This document shows positions 8,395-14,906 of a DNA stretch of 14,906 nt, one piece after another. Every line of letters starts with the position of its first letter. Position 1 is the stretch's first letter. The position numbers and the translations under genes are program-made. The DNA is from Vitrella brassicaformis CCMP3155 (taxonomy: Eukaryota > Protista > Chromerida). Under the pieces are notes generated by a model. It saw only the letters and a list, made by a program, of their open reading frames with translations, had not been told where the DNA came from and did not search any database. The stretch is taken from contig CDMY01000861.1 in NCBI GenBank assembly GCA_001179505.1, forward strand, positions 1-14,906. The letters are read 5' to 3'.

Positions 8395-9311
8395 ATGAGG
8401 GAGCGTGTATCGGACTACACCCAACCCCCTCCAGCGACCCTCATCCCGCGAGACGGCGTCGGGCCCCCCTGTTGCGCATGGAACGCGAATGGGAAGTCTG
8501 CCCTGTCCACATGCAGCCGACGATGTGACTGCCGGAAAAACAAGCGCCTCTGCACTCACTGTGTCAACTGCAAGCGCGGCACGTGCACGAATTTGGCGTA
8601 TCCCGCGGACCCGGCCGTCTCCCCCTCTGCTGGCCCTGCCGTGCCCTCCACGGCTTCCTTTGTCGATGAGAAGATGCGCGAGGCCTTCGGCGAGCCCCTC
8701 GTCAACTCTGCCAGTGGATCGACTTTCCCTGAGTGGGAGGCATATCACGAGCGGGTCTGCCAGCTTCGACTGCGGTGCGTGAAGGATCTCAGCAAGCTTG
8801 GCAACCTTGGCCGCGCCATCGCCGATGCCATCGCTGATGAGGTGGAGAAGATCTCCAAGCTCGAGGCACCGTCCGAGTGGTGTGGTGCAGTTTTCTGTGT
8901 CGTTGACTTCTCGTTGGACCTCTGCGTATCATTCATTATACGTCTGTGGTCATCAACGTCACGCACATCCGCTCGGCGGTCCAGCACACGTTACATCACG
9001 GCGATACCACACTTACCACACGTTTGTCTGTCTGATATGCATTTAATGCAATGACATTGAAATTCATTCAATGCCCTTTCTGTCTTTTTCTGTATGTGCG
9101 TAGACAATTGCGCGACTATCGTGTGCCGAAAACCTTTGACCCTCAGTCTGCCACAAGAAGGCGTTGCATTCAGGGTTTTGGGTGAAGGGGTTTGCGAGTT
9201 TTTGCCGTCGAAGCGAACTACGGCCGCCTTTGGCGATCTAGTCTTGATCGACTTGCACTATGCTATGCTCGTGAGATACTGTGCCGCGCGACTCGAGGAG
9301 CACACCGTTGA
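8395..9311 (+). mobile_element. Internally deleted CRE-like (RLE-type) non-LTR retrotransposon remnant: Cys-rich N-terminus and pre-RT region, plus a possible frameshifted C-terminal tail
   Basis: ORF 8395 carries a CXC-like cluster (CCAWNANGKSALSTCSRRCDCRKNKRLCTHCVNCKRGTCTN), then VDEKMREAFGEPLVNSASG..W..RV.QLR...GNLGRAIADAIADEV...PSE (ends 8877). From memory this resembles the region upstream of the RT in CRE-like elements. Around 9160-9311 two frames give EGVAFRVLGEGVCEFL and NYGRLWRSSLDRLALCYAREILCRATRGAHR*, resembling their extreme C-terminus. No RT (YxDD) is present. Confidence 0.5.
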
Positions 9312-9349
9312 AACCACCAGCGGGAGCATGACATCGCCATGCAGCGAAA

Positions 9350-9863
9350 AATGCTACAGGGTGGCATGAAATGACACACAGACAGTTAACACACTGGTCG
9401 GCCGGGGGGAAGTCGACGACAAACAAATCCCGGGTCCGTAGCACACTCGCGAGGTGCTGCGAACGTCATGTAGCTGTGACGCGAGTGATGACACACACGA
9501 ATGACAGCTCCGTCAGGATGCCAGGACTCCCACGCCTCTGAGAGGAAGACGCGCTGCACAGCAGCCGGTCCTCATGCCGGTCCTGCATCCATGCGACGTC
9601 AATACGCAAACGAATGGTCATTGGTGGGTTGGGCCATTCGGATGGCGAAGCGGAGGAAGGAGTTTTTGCCACTGTCTGTGGGTTTTCTCCTTCTGCAGCC
9701 GAGGTGCATCACTCAGCGGATGTGTTGATGTGAGATGGATTATGTGTCATATTCATGCGCCTTACACACCCTGCAGCCGATAATGGTGCTGTTCGGAGCC
9801 CAGCACATGAAGGGAGGGAATGCTACAGGGTGGCATGAAATGACACACAGACAGTTAACACAC
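9350..9863 (+). repeat. Identical 45-bp dispersed direct repeat at 9350-9394 and 9819-9863
   Basis: AATGCTACAGGGTGGCATGAAATGACACACAGACAGTTAACACAC is present twice, 469 bp apart. Confidence 0.95.
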
Positions 9864-9919
9864 GAGAAGAAACATGACACTGAAGAGCATTTGGCCTCAT
9901 CGTTGATGATATACCGCTG

Positions 9920-10260
9920 CGCTGATGAAGGGAGGGAGATGTCAGCATCTCCCCCGTGCTCTAGAATTGAGCAGCATTCACCCCGTGCAAGCCTCTTCCC
10001 CTGATCGGGCATTTTTTAAAAACGTCCCAAATGTGCCGAAAAATATTAAAAACCGGAAAACCGCCGAAATATTTAAAACAACGCAAAATATCAGTCGACT
10101 TTGGCAGCCCCGGAAAGGACCGATCGGACGAACAAGCGGAGAAAAAGTAGTCCAGAGCACTCGCCCGGGCAATCGGGCGAAGCAAAATAAAGGCAATCGG
10201 GCGCGTTGGCCTGCTGATCCCACTGCTTTTCGCATCGATCACCATCACTTGCATTTGGGT
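9920..10260 (+). repeat. 341-bp segment duplicated at 13065-13405 (gap-edge overlap, likely assembly redundancy)
   Basis: Apparently identical by eye, with identical ORF translations at offset 3145. Copy 1 ends exactly at the gap at 10261 and copy 2 starts exactly after the gap at 13064. Confidence 0.95.
9931..9964 (+). mobile_element. Helitron-like 3' terminus signature: GC-rich hairpin followed by CTAG
   Basis: GGGAGATG-TCAG-CATCTCCC (9934-9953, extendable by 2 bp across a bulged A), then GTGCT and CTAG at 9961-9964. It lies downstream of, and co-oriented with, the PIF1 fragment. The next base is A rather than the canonical T, and the spacer is short. Confidence 0.35.
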
Positions 10261-10560
10261 NNNNNNNNNNNNNNNNNNNNNNNNNNNNNNNNNNNNNNNN
10301 NNNNNNNNNNNNNNNNNNNNNNNNNNNNNNNNNNNNNNNNNNNNNNNNNNNNNNNNNNNNNNNNNNNNNNNNNNNNNNNNNNNNNNNNNNNNNNNNNNNN
10401 NNNNNNNNNNNNNNNNNNNNNNNNNNNNNNNNNNNNNNNNNNNNNNNNNNNNNNNNNNNNNNNNNNNNNNNNNNNNNNNNNNNNNNNNNNNNNNNNNNNN
10501 NNNNNNNNNNNNNNNNNNNNNNNNNNNNNNNNNNNNNNNNNNNNNNNNNNNNNNNNNNNN
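10261..10560. other. Assembly gap (300 N)
   Basis: Run of 300 N. Confidence 0.99.
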
Positions 10561-10952
10561 TTCTTCCCCACTTTAGTACATTTCTCTTTCCTTGTTCGTG
10601 GAAGAATGACAGTACATGCATTAGTGGCTACCTGCATGAATTGCAGTGTTTCCGGCGATAGATGGAGAACTAAGACATAGACGTGGCAGCGAAAGTCGGT
10701 CGTGAGACGTCACGGTTCAAGGGTGTGTCAGTGTACAGACAATGCATGCCCGTCCATTGCCCTTCTTGTTCTGACTGGCACTGGTTTGCGCCGGCAAGCG
10801 CTAAATACAAAGTGACTGACTGAGGAACCGTCTGAGACTTGTACGCGATGATTGGGATTTGTAAGTGAAGCGAGAGAGACACTCAGATACTCTGCTTACT
10901 CGGTATGTCGACCGACCGACCGAAACACATTCACCCTGTCCTATCCAGTCAG

Positions 10953-11001
10953 TTGATTGATTGGTTGATTGATTGATTGACTGGTTGATTAATTGATTGG
11001 T
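10953..11001. repeat. (TTGA/TTGG)n microsatellite
   Basis: ttgattgattggttgattgattgattgactggttgattaattgattgg read directly. Confidence 0.9.
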
Positions 11002-12379
11002 TCGTGTACGTACAAGCCCCGACTGTCTGTCTCTGTGAAGGCTCGGCTGCATCTGCCGACACTGTCTGGCTGTTTGTCTGTATGAATTATGTATTCATGT
11101 CTCTATGTGTTGTGTGTAATCTCATGTCTGTCTTATGTTTCCTGTGTGTATTTTGTGGAAGTGTGAAGGCAAATGAACTGTGTGGACAATACAAACGAGT
11201 GTTATCTAGTTCGATGTGTGAAGGACATTGGTTTGCGAGAGAAGACCATGGCAAGGAAGCTGTGATTCAACGGGTTGCAACCCACAAGTTTTAAATCCTC
11301 CTTTTTTTGCGGCCTTTAAAATGCGTTCCTTCTTTGTCTGATTTCTTCAAACAAAGAAGAATTTCTTCTTTAGTTTGTATTTGTTTGCGTTCTTTTAAAA
11401 GCTTTTCGGCGATTTGCCGGTTTTTAAATATTTTTTGGCACATTTGGGACGTTTTAAAGAATGCGCGATCAGGGGAGGAGGCTTGGATGGGGTGTCATCA
11501 CTTCTTCGCGGATAATCAGACAAGAGATCGTGCTCGGAACGGATCAAATAACCTAAACGGAGCAGAGAATGTAAAAAACGGGTATATGGATGCTGTAATT
11601 AGAGCCCGGATTACTTCGATGCACGGAAAGGAGACATCTTAAATTCGGGAACGGTTTTTGAAGCTGAGGCAGTGTCAGGCCTTAGAAGGGCCCATGTTGG
11701 ATTATCAAAGTGTCGGCTTTCCGTCAAACCTCTACATTCTCTCATTGTTGGGTCTTTGTTTAGCACGAAGGCCTTTACACAAGTGAGCAGAGCATCTTTT
11801 TGCCTCTCTGACAAACCCAATCATCGCAACAAGCCGTGTCTCAGAGTGTCTCAGACGACTCTTTAGTATTTTTTAGTTAGTCAAACCGTGTGGTCTACTG
11901 ACAGAACTGAAATCGTGGTTATTGCAGGGTTATTGTAGAAGAGACTTGGCACTTGACAACGACACACAAAGAAAAGCTCTCAGGCACAGAACACTGTTCA
12001 CCTTTCGGCTTTTACACGGGCCTGGCCGGGGTGGCGCTCAACAGAGGGCGAGGTGAAGCACATACGCGGCTGCAAAAGACCAGAGCGGGGTGCGAAATCG
12101 TGCCTGACGGGATCCACACGTTTGATAACCCACGATGCAGAAAGACAGCGACGGCCACATGCGTGAGGACCGAGCTGGGAGAGGTGTATCTTGATATAAT
12201 TGGGATTATTGACGGCTGTGTAAACTTTCGGTGGCAGCCGCTTGCAGTGTGAACACAGCATAGCGAAATGTATCATGCATTGATACAATCGTGCTGATTT
12301 AGGTCCACGGCTGTGCCAACTTTCAGTGGCTGGCTCGCTTTCTCGAGAAGGCGCAGGGCTGTTGCAGAATGATACGCCC

Positions 12380-12764
12380 ACAGGTTGGAGAACAGTTATA
12401 CGCGCCCTAGAGCCATGCGAATGCGAATGCGAAATGGCGGATAGATAGATGGACGGTTAGCGCCCGCTCTCCTTCTGTCTACCTGTCCCTCCTTGCATCG
12501 GACAAAAGACTCTTGCGTGTTCCGTGAAGGCTCTTTGTGCTTGGTGTGCGTTAGTCGATACCTCGCTTGACCACTGTGTTACGCAACTGGTTATGAGCCC
12601 ACTTGGCTACTCCTGCGGGGAGAAGGCACACAAGCTTGCGGCCAGGGCAGTTCCCATGCTGCTGATAGGCTATGATGGTCGAACCAAGGATGCCTATTGC
12701 ATGTGGAACCCCAAAACGAGACGCGTCATCATCTCGCGTGATGTTCGTTTCCTCGAGAAGCGTA
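12380..12764 (+). repeat. 385-bp segment duplicated at 14031-14415 (gap-edge overlap, likely assembly redundancy)
   Basis: Apparently identical at offset 1651. Copy 1 ends exactly at the gap at 12765 and copy 2 starts exactly after the gap at 14030. Confidence 0.95.
12602..12764 (+). mobile_element. Ty1/copia Pol fragment (post-integrase SH3-like domain), first assembled copy, cut by gap
   Basis: KLAARAVPMLLIGYDGRTKDAYCMWNPKTRRVIISRDVRFLE matches the copia consensus KL..RA....flGY......Y..w.P..rrv..SRDV.F.E. Confidence 0.85.
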
Positions 12765-13064
12765 NNNNNNNNNNNNNNNNNNNNNNNNNNNNNNNNNNNN
12801 NNNNNNNNNNNNNNNNNNNNNNNNNNNNNNNNNNNNNNNNNNNNNNNNNNNNNNNNNNNNNNNNNNNNNNNNNNNNNNNNNNNNNNNNNNNNNNNNNNNN
12901 NNNNNNNNNNNNNNNNNNNNNNNNNNNNNNNNNNNNNNNNNNNNNNNNNNNNNNNNNNNNNNNNNNNNNNNNNNNNNNNNNNNNNNNNNNNNNNNNNNNN
13001 NNNNNNNNNNNNNNNNNNNNNNNNNNNNNNNNNNNNNNNNNNNNNNNNNNNNNNNNNNNNNNNN
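12765..13064. other. Assembly gap (300 N)
   Basis: Run of 300 N. ORFs spanning it (e.g. 12524..13660) are chimeric. Confidence 0.99.
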
Positions 13065-13730
13065 CGCTGATGAAGGGAGGGAGATGTCAGCATCTCCCCC
13101 GTGCTCTAGAATTGAGCAGCATTCACCCCGTGCAAGCCTCTTCCCCTGATCGGGCATTTTTTAAAAACGTCCCAAATGTGCCGAAAAATATTAAAAACCG
13201 GAAAACCGCCGAAATATTTAAAACAACGCAAAATATCAGTCGACTTTGGCAGCCCCGGAAAGGACCGATCGGACGAACAAGCGGAGAAAAAGTAGTCCAG
13301 AGCACTCGCCCGGGCAATCGGGCGAAGCAAAATAAAGGCAATCGGGCGCGTTGGCCTGCTGATCCCACTGCTTTTCGCATCGATCACCATCACTTGCATT
13401 TGGGTGTTTCAAAAGTACTTGCCACCGGCAGTGCGCCATACGTAAAGACTTGGGAAATCCCGACGACGTCTTCACCCACTAGATTCTCTCTACGTCCGCT
13501 TGCCCTTGAAGAGGTGAAGCAAATAATTCGCTCTCCGGCTGGTTTCAAAGATGACTGTGGATTCCCCGAGGATCATGAATCTATGCCATACAGTAGACGT
13601 CGTGCGTACGTTATGACATTGCCTGAAGCTGAGGGAGAACCGGCGCGTTGTTCATCATGAGAGACAGCCATGGGGGAGGGTGCAGGGGGCGAGGTGGAGT
13701 CCATGACGGGTGAGGGGGAGGTGAGTGAGA

Positions 13731-14030
13731 NNNNNNNNNNNNNNNNNNNNNNNNNNNNNNNNNNNNNNNNNNNNNNNNNNNNNNNNNNNNNNNNNNNNNN
13801 NNNNNNNNNNNNNNNNNNNNNNNNNNNNNNNNNNNNNNNNNNNNNNNNNNNNNNNNNNNNNNNNNNNNNNNNNNNNNNNNNNNNNNNNNNNNNNNNNNNN
13901 NNNNNNNNNNNNNNNNNNNNNNNNNNNNNNNNNNNNNNNNNNNNNNNNNNNNNNNNNNNNNNNNNNNNNNNNNNNNNNNNNNNNNNNNNNNNNNNNNNNN
14001 NNNNNNNNNNNNNNNNNNNNNNNNNNNNNN
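13731..14030. other. Assembly gap (300 N)
   Basis: Run of 300 N. Confidence 0.99.
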
Positions 14031-14252
14031 ACAGGTTGGAGAACAGTTATACGCGCCCTAGAGCCATGCGAATGCGAATGCGAAATGGCGGATAGATAGA
14101 TGGACGGTTAGCGCCCGCTCTCCTTCTGTCTACCTGTCCCTCCTTGCATCGGACAAAAGACTCTTGCGTGTTCCGTGAAGGCTCTTTGTGCTTGGTGTGC
14201 GTTAGTCGATACCTCGCTTGACCACTGTGTTACGCAACTGGTTATGAGCCCA

Positions 14253-14906
14253 CTTGGCTACTCCTGCGGGGAGAAGGCACACAAGCTTGCGGCCAGGGCA
14301 GTTCCCATGCTGCTGATAGGCTATGATGGTCGAACCAAGGATGCCTATTGCATGTGGAACCCCAAAACGAGACGCGTCATCATCTCGCGTGATGTTCGTT
14401 TCCTCGAGAAGCGTACCTGGCATCGACGGCTCGTGCCGGCCAGCTGGGAGGCCACCCATAGACTCGGTGAACCTCTCCAGGCCCGCCCTGAGCTTGTCGA
14501 CGACCACGCGCAAAGAGGGGATGGACTGGCTGACTTAGCGCACCAATCGGCTCGAAGAGGGGATGTAATAGTCAACCCTGAGAGCGACCCGATTGTTGCC
14601 GAGAAGCCCGAGATAAGAGATGTTGAGCCCGATGAGCTGGAGGAGATGGGTGACCTCGATCAGCAAGGCCATGTGCAGGCAGGCGGGGATGAGTCGTTCG
14701 ATGGGCCGAGTGGGGCAGGCGACGTCCAAATGGACGGGCAGCCGAGAGCCAGCAACCCAGAGCACGACCACATGGATGCAGATGGGATGGATGCCAACCC
14801 GGCATCAGGCCCAGCAGCCCCCCAGCCGAGCGATGCAGATATGGAACTCATGCCGATCGATGAGGGCGAGATGGCTCTCGACCGACGAGCACCACCACCC
14901 CCTCCG
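14253..14906 (+). mobile_element. Ty1/copia Pol fragment: SH3-like domain plus acidic IN-RT linker, 5'-truncated, open to the window end
   Basis: Same KLAARA...SRDVRFLE motif. The frame stays open to the last base: ...FLEKRTWHRRLVPASWEATHRLGEPLQARPELVDDHAQRGDGLADLAHQSARRGDVIVNPESDPIVAEKPEIRDVEPDELEEMGDLDQQ...MALDRRAPPPPP. It is absent from the ORF track, apparently because it has no stop in the window. No DDE integrase core lies upstream. Confidence 0.85.

Larger units (their letters stand above)
9979..11494. mobile_element. Putative non-autonomous element bounded by ~100-bp imperfect inverted repeats (CACCCC...GGGGTG)
   Basis: 9979-10080 (CACCCCGTGCAAGCCTCTTCCCCTGATCGGGCATTTTTTAAAAACGTCCCAAATGTGCCG...) aligns with scattered mismatches to the reverse complement of 11391-11494 (CACCCCATCCAAGCCTCCTCCCCTGATCGCGCATTCTTTAAAACGTCCCAAATGTGCCA...). 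No transposase ORF and no clear TSD (flanks GCATT / TCATC). Confidence 0.6.

Noticed and set aside
9920-13405. The two exact duplications interpreted as LTR pairs
   Set aside because: No TG...CA ends, PBS or PPT, and each copy terminates exactly at an N-gap, which points to contig overlap.
12524-13660. 378-aa ORF, and other ORFs spanning N runs (4045..4935, 9925..10680, 13670..14095)
   Set aside because: Frames are bridged only by placeholder Ns and join unrelated sequence.

Overview
Eukaryotic, GC-rich genomic scaffold with short GT-AG introns, (GT)n/(TGAT)n microsatellites and four placeholder gaps of exactly 300 N. The intron and repeat style suggests a protist such as the chromerid Vitrella; this is inference only. 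The one apparently intact gene is on the minus strand (6937..4147). A 46-nt intron joins two ORF-track ORFs into a type II membrane protein with a GH130/GT91/GT108-like beta-propeller motif series followed by a GT32 (DxD) glycosyltransferase domain, so it may be a two-catalytic-domain glycan-building enzyme. The rest is mostly mobile-element debris: a Ty1/copia Gag fragment (minus strand, left end), a spliced degenerate PIF1-type helicase fragment, an internally deleted CRE-like non-LTR retrotransposon remnant, Helitron-like hairpin+CTAG motifs, a ~1.5-kb segment bounded by ~100-bp inverted repeats, and a 5'-truncated copia Pol fragment that runs off the right edge. Two apparently exact duplications (341 and 385 bp) end precisely at gap edges and probably reflect a mis-ordered contig rather than biology. 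All family assignments come from motif recognition by eye; no searches were run.
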